In this document: positions 51,231 to 60,516 of the stretch, in pieces
Numbering within the stretch: position 1 is the stretch's first letter
Layout: every line of letters begins with the position of its first letter
Source of the DNA: Paremcibacter sp.
Lineage (GTDB): Bacteria > Pseudomonadota > Alphaproteobacteria > Sphingomonadales > Emcibacteraceae
Reading direction: 5' to 3'
Assembly (NCBI GenBank): GCA_048266545.1
Contig: JBLWZH010000014.1
Span: 7,952 to 71,951 of the forward strand
DNA length: 64,000 nt
Made by a program: the position numbers and the translations under genes
Notes under the pieces: model-generated
Told to the model about the DNA's origin: nothing
The model's input: only the letters and a program-made list of their open reading frames with translations
Databases searched by the model: none

Positions 51231-52004
51231 CTAGATATGCTTCCTCATGTAATCCTCCATAAGCGTTGCAAGCCGGACCGGGGTCTCCGCCATGGGGAAA
51301 TGACCGGAATTGCCAATGATGTCGAAGGTCGCGTTGGGATACCATTCCAGCAGGCTGTGGGTCATGGCGTCGGCGGTTATCGCCTGATCATATTCGCCGA
51401 CAAGAACCAGCACGGGCGTTTCATTGCCGATGACCTCGTCGGAAAAATCGGTCTCCGTCCACGCCAGCATATAGTCGTGAAAGGCGGCGGCTTTCGTCGT
51501 TTCCCGGGACCGGCGTATGAGATAGCCATACCAACTGTCCGAAAGCCGGTCGCCGGTCAGGAATTTCAGGATGCCCCGCCGGTTTTCATCATTGTCCGCC
51601 GCGCCGTGAAACAGCGCCCGGCCCGCCTCATCCAGCGGCGAACCGCAAGCCGGAACCGGCGCCACCGCCACAACGGATTTGACCCGCCCGGCCGCCTGAT
51701 GCATGATTTTCTGAACGCTCATGCCGCCCATGGAATGGCCGATCGCATGAAATCTATCCCAGCCCAGATGATCGGCAAGGGCGATGGCGTCCTGCGAAAT
51801 CTGGTCAATGCTGTGCGTTCCGGCGATATTCATCGACTTGCCGTATCCCCGGTAATCCATAAAGGCGTAGGTGAAGCTTTCGCCATCCAGATAAGACAGC
51901 ATCGCTTCATAAGCGGTATAATCGCTCCACCAGCCATGAAGAATGACGACCTTCTCGGGTCCGGAACCGATGAGAGTATGACCAATAACGCTTTCATTTT
52001 TCAT
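51231..52004 (-). CDS. alpha/beta hydrolase
   Basis: HGWW oxyanion block, GHSMGG nucleophile elbow, C-terminal GHFP. Confidence 0.85.
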   Translation of the reverse strand: MKNESVIGHTLIGSGPEKVVILHGWWSDYTAYEAMLSYLDGESFTYAFMDYRGYGKSMNIAGTHSIDQISQDAIALADHLGWDRFHAIGHSMGGMSVQKIMHQAAGRVKSVVAVAPVPACGSPLDEAGRALFHGAADNDENRRGILKFLTGDRLSDSWYGYLIRRSRETTKAAAFHDYMLAWTETDFSDEVIGNETPVLVLVGEYDQAITADAMTHSLLEWYPNATFDIIGNSGHFPMAETPVRLATLMEDYMRKHI

Positions 52005-52037
52005 GATAACTCCTTGTTTTTACGAGACTACGCCTGT

Positions 52038-52718
52038 CTATTCAAAATTTATGACCTGGCCTTGCACCGGGATAAGGCAGTCCGTGCAATCCGGGATGAT
52101 TTCATTTTCCACCTGATGGTGAATAACGATTTTCTTCGCCGGAGGCAAAGCCTTATTCAGTTCCGCCTTGCGATGCAGCCACGGCGTGATAAACAGCATA
52201 TCCAGTTCGGGCAGATTTTTAAAAATATCAAGTTCTTCGGTATCGCCGGTAAAAAACAGCCTCCTGCCCGCCCATTCCACCAGATAAGAATAATGCTCCG
52301 TATTGGCGTGAGAAGATTTGACCGGGCGAATGCGGAGCGGACCATATTTTATTGTGCCGGAAAAAGGAATGATCTTGTTGCGCGACAGGGCGACGGTGAT
52401 TTCCTTTGGACCGATAATCCGCCAATCCTGTTCCTCAAACAAAAAGGGCTCGAAATGATCCATATGACGATGGGTAATCAGGCTGATCACATCGCCGGTT
52501 TCCGACGGGAAATTATATTCATAGCTCATATAACCATAGGCCCCTGACTCATAAGGAAAATCCGTAAACAAGGTCACCTTCCCGTCAGAAAGTCGGAAGG
52601 CGGCATTGCCGATAAAGCTGATTTCTAAATTATCTGGCTGCGCGCGCGCCGTCCCTGAGCCGACGAACAACAGAAGGAAAACCAAGATCAAGTATTTTTT
52701 GAGCTGATTTGTCATCAT
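52038..52718 (-). CDS. secreted MBL-fold metallo-hydrolase
   Basis: THRHMDH motif. Start placed at MMTNQLKKYLILVFLLLFVGSGTARA (signal peptide). Confidence 0.8.
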   Translation of the reverse strand: MMTNQLKKYLILVFLLLFVGSGTARAQPDNLEISFIGNAAFRLSDGKVTLFTDFPYESGAYGYMSYEYNFPSETGDVISLITHRHMDHFEPFLFEEQDWRIIGPKEITVALSRNKIIPFSGTIKYGPLRIRPVKSSHANTEHYSYLVEWAGRRLFFTGDTEELDIFKNLPELDMLFITPWLHRKAELNKALPPAKKIVIHHQVENEIIPDCTDCLIPVQGQVINFE

Positions 52719-52926
52719 TATAACCCCGCATGCGTCTGTTTCCCGGTCGCAGTTTACAGGAATTCCTCCGGGATTCAAAATTTCAGGAAATCATCAGACG
52801 GGAAAATGCCTAACACGCTTGATGGTTCTTAATATATTCAACTATATAAAATTTTATATTAACGATTTATTCAGTATTTTATCGCTATTTTCAGGGAAAG
52901 ATTCATGAACCCCGCAGAGCAGAATA

Positions 52927-54339
52927 ATGAAAAATATCCCTTTACGTATAATAGGTTACACTGTGATCGGTCTTTTCCTCCTGGCCGGCGTCCTCTTTAT
53001 TTCCACCTCCTACAGCATTCAGGCCAATATTGCCGACGCCGAAACGCTGTGGTTGTCGGGCGCGGCCGACCCCGACATGGATGCCGGGCGCCAGTTGAGT
53101 GAAAAACTGAGCCGGGCGAATTTCCTGGCGACAACCATGTTTTTGTCGGCGATCGTCAGCATGATCATCATGATCTTTTCGACATATCTCGTTCTGTTTC
53201 GCACCATCCTGAGCCCGCTTTACGCCATAACCACATCATTGTCGGGACTGGCCAAGGGAAATCTCGACATTGAAATCCCCTGCTCTGATTTCGGTTCGGA
53301 ATTTGGCCAGATGGCCGAAGCCGCCCGCAAATTTCAACTGAGCAACCAGGAAAGAATGAAGCTTGAGGAAGAAGCCGTCCGGGCCGAGAAACAGCGCCTG
53401 CAGGAACAGGAACAGGTTCGCGCCCAGGAGGAACAGGCAAGAAAGGAAAGGCGGGACGAAGAACGGGCCGAAATGCGCCGCCGGGAACAGCGCACCCAGG
53501 AACTGGAGCGCAGGATCAGCCTGTTCGACCAGCAGATCAAGGGCAATATTGAAAAAGTTGACCAGGCGGTTCAGGCGCTGTCCGAAGCTTCGAATGTCAT
53601 GTCGTCCACCGCCACCGACGCCGAGTTGCAGACCTCCACTGCGGCCAGCGGCGCGACTGAAAGCTCATCCAACATGAAAGCCGTATCGGTTTCCACAGAG
53701 CAGATGACACGGTCCATCGAGGACATCAGCAATCAGATGGAGCAATCGGCGAAAATCACCCTGGACGCCATTCAGAAGGTGGAAACGACCGCCGCAACCA
53801 TCAATCAACTGTCGAGTTCTTCCCAAAGCATCGGCGACGTCATCAGACTGATTGAGGATATCGCCAATCAGACCAATCTGCTGGCCCTCAATGCGACCAT
53901 TGAAGCCTCGCGGGCGGGCGAAGCCGGCAAGGGCTTTGCCGTCGTGGCGTCAGAGGTCAAGGCTCTGGCCAGTCAGACATCCGATGCGACTCAGGAAATT
54001 TCCGGCCATATCAGCCAGATTCAGGACATCAGCAGACATGTCGTCACCAACATTACCGAGGTGCGCGACATTGTCGAAGAGAATTCCCGCATCACAAGCT
54101 CGGTCAATGACGCCGCCGTGCATCAGTCCGACAGCACCCGGGAGATTTCCATCAGCATTGTTCAGGCGGCGGAGGGCACCAACGACGTCTCCAGCCATAT
54201 TGACCTGGTTCAGCAGGGCATCCTGACAACCCTTGAGGCCTCGCGCCAGGTGCAGGATATTTCCGAGAGATTATCGGACAACGGCAGTCAGTTGAAAAAT
54301 ATGGTCGTCGATTTCCTGAATGACATCCGGACCATATAA
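52927..54339 (+). CDS. methyl-accepting chemotaxis protein with a minimal periplasmic loop
   Basis: Two TM helices about 40 aa apart, a HAMP domain, an Glu/Arg/Gln-rich linker, and the MA domain core ([37 protein letters not shown]). Confidence 0.92.
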   Translation: MKNIPLRIIGYTVIGLFLLAGVLFISTSYSIQANIADAETLWLSGAADPDMDAGRQLSEKLSRANFLATTMFLSAIVSMIIMIFSTYLVLFRTILSPLYAITTSLSGLAKGNLDIEIPCSDFGSEFGQMAEAARKFQLSNQERMKLEEEAVRAEKQRLQEQEQVRAQEEQARKERRDEERAEMRRREQRTQELERRISLFDQQIKGNIEKVDQAVQALSEASNVMSSTATDAELQTSTAASGATESSSNMKAVSVSTEQMTRSIEDISNQMEQSAKITLDAIQKVETTAATINQLSSSSQSIGDVIRLIEDIANQTNLLALNATIEASRAGEAGKGFAVVASEVKALASQTSDATQEISGHISQIQDISRHVVTNITEVRDIVEENSRITSSVNDAAVHQSDSTREISISIVQAAEGTNDVSSHIDLVQQGILTTLEASRQVQDISERLSDNGSQLKNMVVDFLNDIRTI

Positions 54340-54360
54340 TACCAACGGCGCGTTACATCA

Positions 54361-54396
54361 TTCCGGCCTGTCTGATGACGGGCCGGAAGCAATTTT
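54361..54396 (+). terminator. terminator hairpin of the MCP gene
   Basis: TTCCGGCC-N12-GGCCGGAA followed by GCAATTTT. Confidence 0.55.
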
Positions 54397-54407
54397 CCGA
54401 ATGTAGA

Positions 54408-54480
54408 TTGGTGCCTCACAGGGGATATAGATGGGCACTGGGTTGAAGTGGTTGAGTTGCAATAATGTTTCAAATGATTG
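54408..54480 (+). repeat. junction direct repeat, copy A
   Basis: TTGGTGCCTCACAGGGGATATAGATGGGCACTGGGTTGAAGTGGTTGAGTTGCAATAATG... aligns with 55370-55441 (the first 35 nt differ at 2 positions). Weaker similarity continues about 40 nt further right. Confidence 0.75.
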
Positions 54481-54553
54481 GTTCAGAAACTTTAATACCG
54501 AGATATAATTCACATCCATAATCATCTATTTCCTGACTGAAATTTATGAAAAA

Positions 54554-54865
54554 TCAAAGCCAGCCATCCTTGTCCATACGGGCATGTAGGATGCGAATTA
54601 TATCTACGCCACCATCAATGGGTTTATAAAAAACAAGATAGCGCGAAAATCCTTTGATTGGCACATAACGTATTCCCATAAGCGCTGATTTGCTGGTGTG
54701 GTGAATGGCTCCCATAAAAGGCATATCAGTTAACATCTGGTATGTTTCTTCAGCGAGATCATACAATCGTACCCCCGCCTCAAGATTATCTCTTGCGATA
54801 TTACGTGCATGACCATCAAGATCGGCTTCCGCCTGGGGGCGGATTTGATAGCGGTTTCTTTTCAA
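54554..54865 (-). CDS. parE: type II toxin, RelE/ParE family
   Basis: 103 aa. The pattern ...A..DL......IA.DN...A.......E....L...P..G.........G.R........Y.VFY......V.I.RILH.RMD fits the family. 4-nt overlap with the antitoxin gene. Confidence 0.85.
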   Translation of the reverse strand: MKRNRYQIRPQAEADLDGHARNIARDNLEAGVRLYDLAEETYQMLTDMPFMGAIHHTSKSALMGIRYVPIKGFSRYLVFYKPIDGGVDIIRILHARMDKDGWL

Positions 54866-55107
54866 GTGACTGATTGCCGTGTCAGAGCAGCCTTTTTATC
54901 AGACCAGTAGGTATCGCCTGGCTTGATTGATGGACCACTCTCAAGTCCCTCTGCAAGCAAATGGTCCAATTGTTCACCGCGCCGGTGGTTACGCACCAAG
55001 GTTGCAACAAAATCACTCGCACTTGAATACCCGCCAGACTCAATGGCATTGTCTATCCAGTGCCTTAATTCCGGGGCAAGAGAAACAGTAAGTCGTTCGG
55101 TAGCCAT
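54862..55107 (-). CDS. parD: type II antitoxin, ParD/CopG (RHH) family
   Basis: 81 aa. MATERLTVSLAPELRHWIDNAIESGGYSSASDFVATLVRN fits the RHH fold pattern. Confidence 0.85.
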   Translation of the reverse strand: MATERLTVSLAPELRHWIDNAIESGGYSSASDFVATLVRNHRRGEQLDHLLAEGLESGPSIKPGDTYWSDKKAALTRQSVT

Positions 55108-55131
55108 AAGATAATCTCCTCATAATTAATT

Positions 55132-55158
55132 CGCATAATAATTCATAATAATTATGCG
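55132..55158 (-). promoter_or_regulatory. candidate parDE operator
   Basis: CGCATAAT-N11-ATTATGCG inverted repeat containing the tandem ATAATAATT x2, 25-50 nt upstream of the parD ATG. Confidence 0.4.
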
Positions 55159-55370
55159 GTCAAATAAAAACGTACGAAATCCCGATCCCCTTTTTTGCGG
55201 CCAATATTCCATGATATGCTGCCGCTGCTCATAATGCCGGATAAGGCTTGCCCGCACGTCCGTTCCAAAACGGCGCGCCATGGTACGAGTTTGAATTCTT
55301 TGGATTTTTCAATCAGGGCATAGTTGCCACTGGCAAGCCCAACAAGCTTTGAATAAGCCTGATTTATATT
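55152..55370 (-). pseudogene. C-terminal remnant (about 70 aa) of a DUF3363-type conjugative relaxase
   Basis: ...LASGNYALIEKSKEFKLVPWRAVLERTCGQALSGIMSSGSISWNIGRKKG matches the conserved relaxase tail as I recall it (LASGRFALIEKSREFTLVPWRPVLER..G..VSGI....ISW..GR). The upstream ~600 aa are absent, and homology stops at the edge of repeat copy B. Confidence 0.6.
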
Positions 55371-55441
55371 TGGTGCCCCACAGGGGACATAGATGGGCAC
55401 TGGTATGAAACAATTGAGTTATAATAGCAAACCTTTGATTG
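55370..55441 (+). repeat. junction direct repeat, copy B
   Basis: TTGGTGCCCCACAGGGGACATAGATGGGCACTGGTATGAAACAATTGAGTTATAATAGC... See copy A. Confidence 0.75.
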
Positions 55442-55530
55442 TTAATAGGAAAATCGGATGCTTAAATTATGATCCTACTTATGAAACAGCCCGCATGATG
55501 CGGGCTGTAAATGGATTAGTCATGCAAGAC

Positions 55531-55845
55531 CTAATCAACCATCCGTTCCCAGAGGAGGATATGCTGATCGCCTTGTTTGACAAGGCGGGCGCGGATTTCT
55601 TCTTCCATGTGGGGATCATCGAGGATGAGATTGATATATTCCCGTTCCCCGTCTTTGGTGGTCTGTTTCCAGCCGCGTCCAATTTGAAACTGCCCGCTGC
55701 GAACAATGTAATCCGGTTCGCTGCTGTCCGGTGATTTGTCGTATGGGTCTATGGTGATATTTCCAAGGTCGTGCAATTTGCGGGTTTCAAGCATCCCTTC
55801 AAAATGTGATCCCTTGTCGTAAAATGTTCCGATTTTTAAAGCCAT
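55531..55845 (-). CDS. DUF736-family protein (ICE-associated)
   Basis: MALKIGTFYDKGSHFEGMLETRKL...PDYIVRSG.FQIGRGWK...G.EYINLILDDP. The start overlaps the upstream stop (TAATG). Confidence 0.75.
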   Translation of the reverse strand: MALKIGTFYDKGSHFEGMLETRKLHDLGNITIDPYDKSPDSSEPDYIVRSGQFQIGRGWKQTTKDGEREYINLILDDPHMEEEIRARLVKQGDQHILLWERMVD

Positions 55846-56117
55846 TATTTATCTCCTGATATGGTTGAATTAATTGGCGGGCGTGGGGTGGATTTTGATG
55901 CGGCGGCAAGTTGGCGGCGCGCTTTCTTGAAACCATTGTCCGTGTCAAGAAAGCTTGCGATAATATAGGGTAAGAGGTCTTCGATCTTTTCCTTTACGCC
56001 ATAATCATGTTCATAGATGTGAGCGTAATCGCTTAAAGCATCATGAATCTCTGGTGGAAATGTTGCACTGATCCTGACCGGTGTGCGTTTGGGCAGTTTT
56101 GAAAGTTTCAAGGTCAT
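55845..56117 (-). CDS. DUF2274-family protein (follows trbI in Trb-type ICEs)
   Basis: MTLKLSKLPKRTPVRISATFPPEIHDALSDYAHIYEHDYG... Overlaps the trbI stop. Confidence 0.7.
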   Translation of the reverse strand: MTLKLSKLPKRTPVRISATFPPEIHDALSDYAHIYEHDYGVKEKIEDLLPYIIASFLDTDNGFKKARRQLAAASKSTPRPPINSTISGDK

Positions 56118-57382
56118 GGGATTGCCTTTCTTTGAATGAAGGGCCTAAGAATAATGTCCTTATGGACGATCACGCGAAGCGGATAGCCAGGCCGGATTGT
56201 GATGGTGGGTTGAATGTTGATTTCGCGCTCAACGATGCGCTGACCGGCCCGGTTGATGGAATTTTGTGAGCCACGCTGAATGGCGCGCACCAAGTCACTG
56301 TCCCCCTCAAAGGCAAGTTCGGCCCCAACGCTGAAGAGTGTGGAAAGGGCAATGCCTTTAATGAGCCGCCATGTGTGAAAATCAACCTGATCTTCCAGCC
56401 CGGCATAACCGGCTCGGTCGGTGGCAGGAAGGTTATCAATGATGATTGATGAACCATTGGGCAGAATAAGACGCTGCCAAACGACAAGAGCGCGTTCCTG
56501 TCCGAAAGCAACCACGGAATCATATTTCCCGAGAAGGCGTGAGCCTTGCGGGATCAACATATATTGGCCGGTTACGGTATCATAAACAGGCTGCGTTACC
56601 TGTGCAATCACGCGCCCCGGTAAGTCGGAATTCAGTCCGGTGATCAGACTGGCGGAAATGATGGTTCCGGCCATGACCTGATAAGGCGATATGGGGGATT
56701 GAAGCTGATACGGGTTATAGATCGCATCGTCCGGTTTTCTGTCCAGAAAATCATTTTTGCGCTGTTGGTGGTTTGGATCATCCGGTGCCTGCGGCGTCAA
56801 GCCGTCAGCATTTGCGGTGGTAGTAAAAGGATTAGACGTAAGGCTTGCCTGCCCCAAAGGGTTTGCAATTGCCGGATTATCTGCACTTTCCTGACTGGGC
56901 GAGATTTGAAAGAAAACCGAAGACTCACGCCCCTGTTGCGCCCGCTGTGCAAGGCGAATACGTTCCGCGCGGGCGGCATCGGTCAGATGATCTGATTGAA
57001 AGGGTATGCCGCCGGGCGAGATGGGTAATGGCTCAAGTCCGGCGCGTTGTTCCGCATCAAGCACTGCACCGCCCAATTCACCCGGCAAAGGAGCGCCCAA
57101 AACAGGCGGCACATAATCACGGTAGGTTTCCGGCAGGTTTGAGAGCTGTTCCGGCTGTTCTTTGTGGCTGACATTATAAAGCTGCTTATTGTTTGCGGCA
57201 TTCTGCGCAGGCGGTTGCAGCGCATAAAATGTTGCGGCAAAGACTAATATGATGCCTGTACCGCTTAAGATCATCAGCAACCGCTTGTTCAGACGTGTAA
57301 CAGGCCGGGGATGCGCGCGGAGATCCAATGTCTCCGGCGCTATTTTTTCATCCGCTGTGACGCTAAAGGGATCATCTGTCAT
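56114..57382 (-). CDS. trbI: conjugal transfer protein TrbI (VirB10 family)
   Basis: N-terminal TM segment, Pro-rich linker and a C-terminal VirB10 barrel (GTIISASLITGLNSDLPG...IPQGSRLLGKYDS...RALVVWQRLILPNG). Confidence 0.92.
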   Translation of the reverse strand: MTDDPFSVTADEKIAPETLDLRAHPRPVTRLNKRLLMILSGTGIILVFAATFYALQPPAQNAANNKQLYNVSHKEQPEQLSNLPETYRDYVPPVLGAPLPGELGGAVLDAEQRAGLEPLPISPGGIPFQSDHLTDAARAERIRLAQRAQQGRESSVFFQISPSQESADNPAIANPLGQASLTSNPFTTTANADGLTPQAPDDPNHQQRKNDFLDRKPDDAIYNPYQLQSPISPYQVMAGTIISASLITGLNSDLPGRVIAQVTQPVYDTVTGQYMLIPQGSRLLGKYDSVVAFGQERALVVWQRLILPNGSSIIIDNLPATDRAGYAGLEDQVDFHTWRLIKGIALSTLFSVGAELAFEGDSDLVRAIQRGSQNSINRAGQRIVEREINIQPTITIRPGYPLRVIVHKDIILRPFIQRKAIP

Positions 57383-58439
57383 TGGCGCTATCCTTCAAAA
57401 CCGATGATCTTGTCCTGCTATTATTGGTTCTGCCATCGGTGCGGCTTATGCGAACGACTTGTTGAGGCTCTGCGCCCAAACGCAATTCTGCGGCGGCAAA
57501 CAGTTTATCGACCACATAATAGCGGCCCTTCATGCGATAATTGATCAGCTCGTTATCACCTTCCGGTCCGACAACAAACAAGGGCGGCGCGTCACCCTGC
57601 GCAATGCCGCGAGGGAATTCGATATAGACCTTTTGGCCGTCATCAAACGCCCTCATTGGCCGCCATGGTGGATTATCGCCGCTAATCTCATAGCGAAACC
57701 GCAAATGTTCCAGATTGACGCCACCGTCGATGACCCGCTCTTGGGCAGCCTGCGCCTGTTCATTCTGACGTCTTAGGGAGACAAGTTCGTCATGGGGATA
57801 GCGCCATGACAGGGACGCCATATAGGTATTTTCAAAACTTTCCATTTCCAGATGATAGGCACGACGATCCGTGGTGATAACAAGATTGGTTTTAAGGTTG
57901 GCTTCGGTGGGTTTGACTAGAATATGAATTTTGGTCGTCTCCCCGTTACCGCTTTTGGTATCACCAATTACCCAGCGTACCGTATCTCCGGCGGAAACGG
58001 AGATGAGCTTTTCACCGGATTGCAGTGCAATGTCACTAACCTGTTCAGGGGCGGTATAGAGACGATAAAGCGCCCCTTCTGAGAAGGGATAGACCTGAAT
58101 GGCATTGATATAACCGTCCCGCGCGGGTTCAATGCGCGCGGCGGTATTGGCTGCGTCAATCCGTTTTGTGGGGTCCGCATCTTCCGGTTCCGGCTCGCTT
58201 TGTTCTTCAACGGGTTTTAACTGGCCGGGCAGCGGTAATGGCACGGGAAGTTTAACAATTTCAATTGGTGCCAGGGGTGCGGTTTCAATGGTTGCGGGTG
58301 TAAAATCCTGCATATCATAGGAAATAGACGGCGGCCTTTGTCTGGATGCGCAGGCCCCAAGTGCAAGTGTCAGCATTATGCCACACGCCATACAGATATT
58401 TTTGGCTGGTTTTCTCATTTTATTCTCACTCTCTTTCAT
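57372..58439 (-). CDS. trbG: P-type conjugative transfer protein TrbG (VirB9 family)
   Basis: Lipoprotein-type signal (LALGACAS) and a VirB9-like core (Y.I.GD.PPWRP...FDDG.KVYIEFP). Confidence 0.9.
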   Translation of the reverse strand: MKESENKMRKPAKNICMACGIMLTLALGACASRQRPPSISYDMQDFTPATIETAPLAPIEIVKLPVPLPLPGQLKPVEEQSEPEPEDADPTKRIDAANTAARIEPARDGYINAIQVYPFSEGALYRLYTAPEQVSDIALQSGEKLISVSAGDTVRWVIGDTKSGNGETTKIHILVKPTEANLKTNLVITTDRRAYHLEMESFENTYMASLSWRYPHDELVSLRRQNEQAQAAQERVIDGGVNLEHLRFRYEISGDNPPWRPMRAFDDGQKVYIEFPRGIAQGDAPPLFVVGPEGDNELINYRMKGRYYVVDKLFAAAELRLGAEPQQVVRISRTDGRTNNSRTRSSVLKDSANDR

Positions 58440-59134
58440 TCTTTTTCGGGGGTGCCCATATCGCGGGACCAGTTAAGGCCGTGGACATAAAGGCCCAACG
58501 GATTTTTGGTTAAGGCGGTGACGGTGGCAGGCTGCTGAAAAACAATGGTGAGGATGGCGGTATAGCGTTCCATTTTCTGAAACGCACCGCTCCTATAATG
58601 GCGTTGGGTCCATTTGATCTGAAAGCTGTCTTCGGATGCACGAACGACGCTGGTTACTTCAACGGCGATTGACCGGCGGCCTACATCAGCAAACGGATCA
58701 TTCTCACGGGCATATTCATTTAAAATCTGTGCGGCCCTGTCCGTTGTAAAATCATAGGCGGCCAGCCATTGCTCACGCACAACAATCGGATCGACTGAAA
58801 CCGCGCGCACACGTTTGATGAAAGCCGCGAGTTGATAGGCAATCTGGGCGTCACTTGGTTTGTAAACCACAGTGGCCGGCCCGATGGTGCGCACCTCTCC
58901 CAAGGTATCAACTTCAATCACATAGGGCGTGATGCGGCTTTGCAGGCTTTGCCAGATCAGGGCACCGGAAAGACTTGCCAGTAACGCCAGACAGCCAAAA
59001 GCCATGAGCCGCCAATTGCGGGCCTGAAGCCGGGCCGTTCCAATCCGTTCATCCCAGACCTGGGCGGCTTTCTGGTAAGGTGTTTGGGGCGTTGGCGTAT
59101 CGCCATATTTGTCTGTTGCACGTTTGAAGATCAT
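58436..59134 (-). CDS. trbF: conjugal transfer protein TrbF (VirB8 family)
   Basis: 232 aa, a single TM segment followed by a VirB8-like domain. Operon position between trbL and trbG. Confidence 0.88.
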   Translation of the reverse strand: MIFKRATDKYGDTPTPQTPYQKAAQVWDERIGTARLQARNWRLMAFGCLALLASLSGALIWQSLQSRITPYVIEVDTLGEVRTIGPATVVYKPSDAQIAYQLAAFIKRVRAVSVDPIVVREQWLAAYDFTTDRAAQILNEYARENDPFADVGRRSIAVEVTSVVRASEDSFQIKWTQRHYRSGAFQKMERYTAILTIVFQQPATVTALTKNPLGLYVHGLNWSRDMGTPEKE

Positions 59135-60492
59135 TCGTCGTTATCCTTTAAATGGGGGCTGTCGCCGCTGCCCGGTCTGTCGCCATCGCGCAATGTGTGG
59201 GCGGCCATTGTGGCCCCTTCACGCAAATGCTGGCGGTGTTGTTGTGATTGAAGTTTGTTTGCCCAATCCGGTGCATTAGGCGCGGCATTATCAGTCATGC
59301 CTTGCCCCGCACTTTCCGGCAATGTGCCCCCTGTTGCGGTGAAGGCGGCGCGTTCGCCGGCTTGGTACGCATCTTTAACGCCGGATGTGACTTTACTGGC
59401 GGCCTTGCCCATTCCTTGGGCAACTGCACCAGCACCAGCCTTGACAACACCGGAAACCCCTGTTGCCATACCTTTTATGCCGGCCACGCCCGCTCCCCCG
59501 GAAGAGCCTGATGTGGCGCGGGCCAGATTATAGGATGCACTGGCACCGCCAGCCATTGCGGAACCGGCTTTGACTGCGCCGCCTGCGCCCGATGCGGCGG
59601 CGCCGGCCCCCGCCGTTGCCAGTCGTCCCGCCGCCGCCGCGCCAACACCAAGGCCCAAAGCCGTGCCGGCCACAGCACCCGCACCAAGTTGCGGTGCGCC
59701 GGAGATAAGGCCCGCCGCAATGCCGGGGCCAAATATGCCGAGTATAAACAGCGCCAATGCCGCCAGCACAGTTGAAAGAGCTTGTTCGAGGTTGATTGTC
59801 GGGCCGGTGAAGGAATTGGTGAAGGCACTGAAAATTGTGGAACCAATGCCAACAATCACCGCGAGCACCATAAGTTTGATGCCGGATGAAATCACATTGC
59901 CCAATACTTTTTCGGCAAGGAATGAGGTTTTATTCCAAAGGGCAAAGGGGATCAGTACAAACCCGGCCAGGGTTGTGAGCTTGAATTCCAGAATGGTGAT
60001 AAAAAGCTGGATGGCGAGAATGAAAAAAGCCAACAGCACGACGGTCCACGCAAATATCAGCACAAAAATGGTGATGAAATTTTCAAAAAAGGCGATAGGG
60101 CCAAGAAGATTACCAACTTCCAGTAAAATCGGTTTTGCCGCATCATAACCGGTTGCGGCAATGAAGCCGGGCCGCATCAAGTCACTGATGGTAAGGCTTG
60201 TTCCGGTTGCCCTGAGGCCAAGCCCGGCGAAACTTTCAAAAATAATCCGCGAAAGAAAGTCAAAATTATTGATGATGTAGGCAAAGACACCAATATAAAG
60301 CACTTTTTTGATCAGGGCGGGGATGACGGATTTATCATCCGTCATGGCCCAGAAAAGTCCCGCAAGCGTAATGTCGATCCCGATAAGAATGGTGGTCAGA
60401 AACGCGACGTCCGGCGATAGCAGACCAAAGCCACTATCAATATAGGTCACAAATGTTTGCGTGAACTGGTCTATAATATTGAGATCATTCAT
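59131..60492 (-). CDS. trbL: P-type conjugative transfer protein TrbL (VirB6 family)
   Basis: Polytopic membrane protein with a Gly/Ala-rich C-terminal tail. Confidence 0.9.
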   Translation of the reverse strand: MNDLNIIDQFTQTFVTYIDSGFGLLSPDVAFLTTILIGIDITLAGLFWAMTDDKSVIPALIKKVLYIGVFAYIINNFDFLSRIIFESFAGLGLRATGTSLTISDLMRPGFIAATGYDAAKPILLEVGNLLGPIAFFENFITIFVLIFAWTVVLLAFFILAIQLFITILEFKLTTLAGFVLIPFALWNKTSFLAEKVLGNVISSGIKLMVLAVIVGIGSTIFSAFTNSFTGPTINLEQALSTVLAALALFILGIFGPGIAAGLISGAPQLGAGAVAGTALGLGVGAAAAGRLATAGAGAAASGAGGAVKAGSAMAGGASASYNLARATSGSSGGAGVAGIKGMATGVSGVVKAGAGAVAQGMGKAASKVTSGVKDAYQAGERAAFTATGGTLPESAGQGMTDNAAPNAPDWANKLQSQQHRQHLREGATMAAHTLRDGDRPGSGDSPHLKDNDE

Positions 60493-60516
60493 TTTGCTCT
60501 TGCCTCCTTTCCCGCC

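Noticed and set aside
51237-52547. 436-aa ORF on the + strand spanning two genes
   Set aside because: It runs antisense across both the alpha/beta hydrolase and the MBL hydrolase genes and the gap between them, which a real gene would not do. No motifs.
54408-54445. Possible tRNA 3' end as the ICE target (the minus strand ends ...GAGGCACCA)
   Set aside because: No T-arm (GTTCRANNC) or acceptor-stem complement precedes the CCA-like end. No cloverleaf can be drawn on either strand.
55393-55734. 113-aa ORF on the + strand starting inside repeat copy B
   Set aside because: Its distal part is antisense to the DUF736 gene. It has no SD, and it reads through the DUF736 terminator hairpin.
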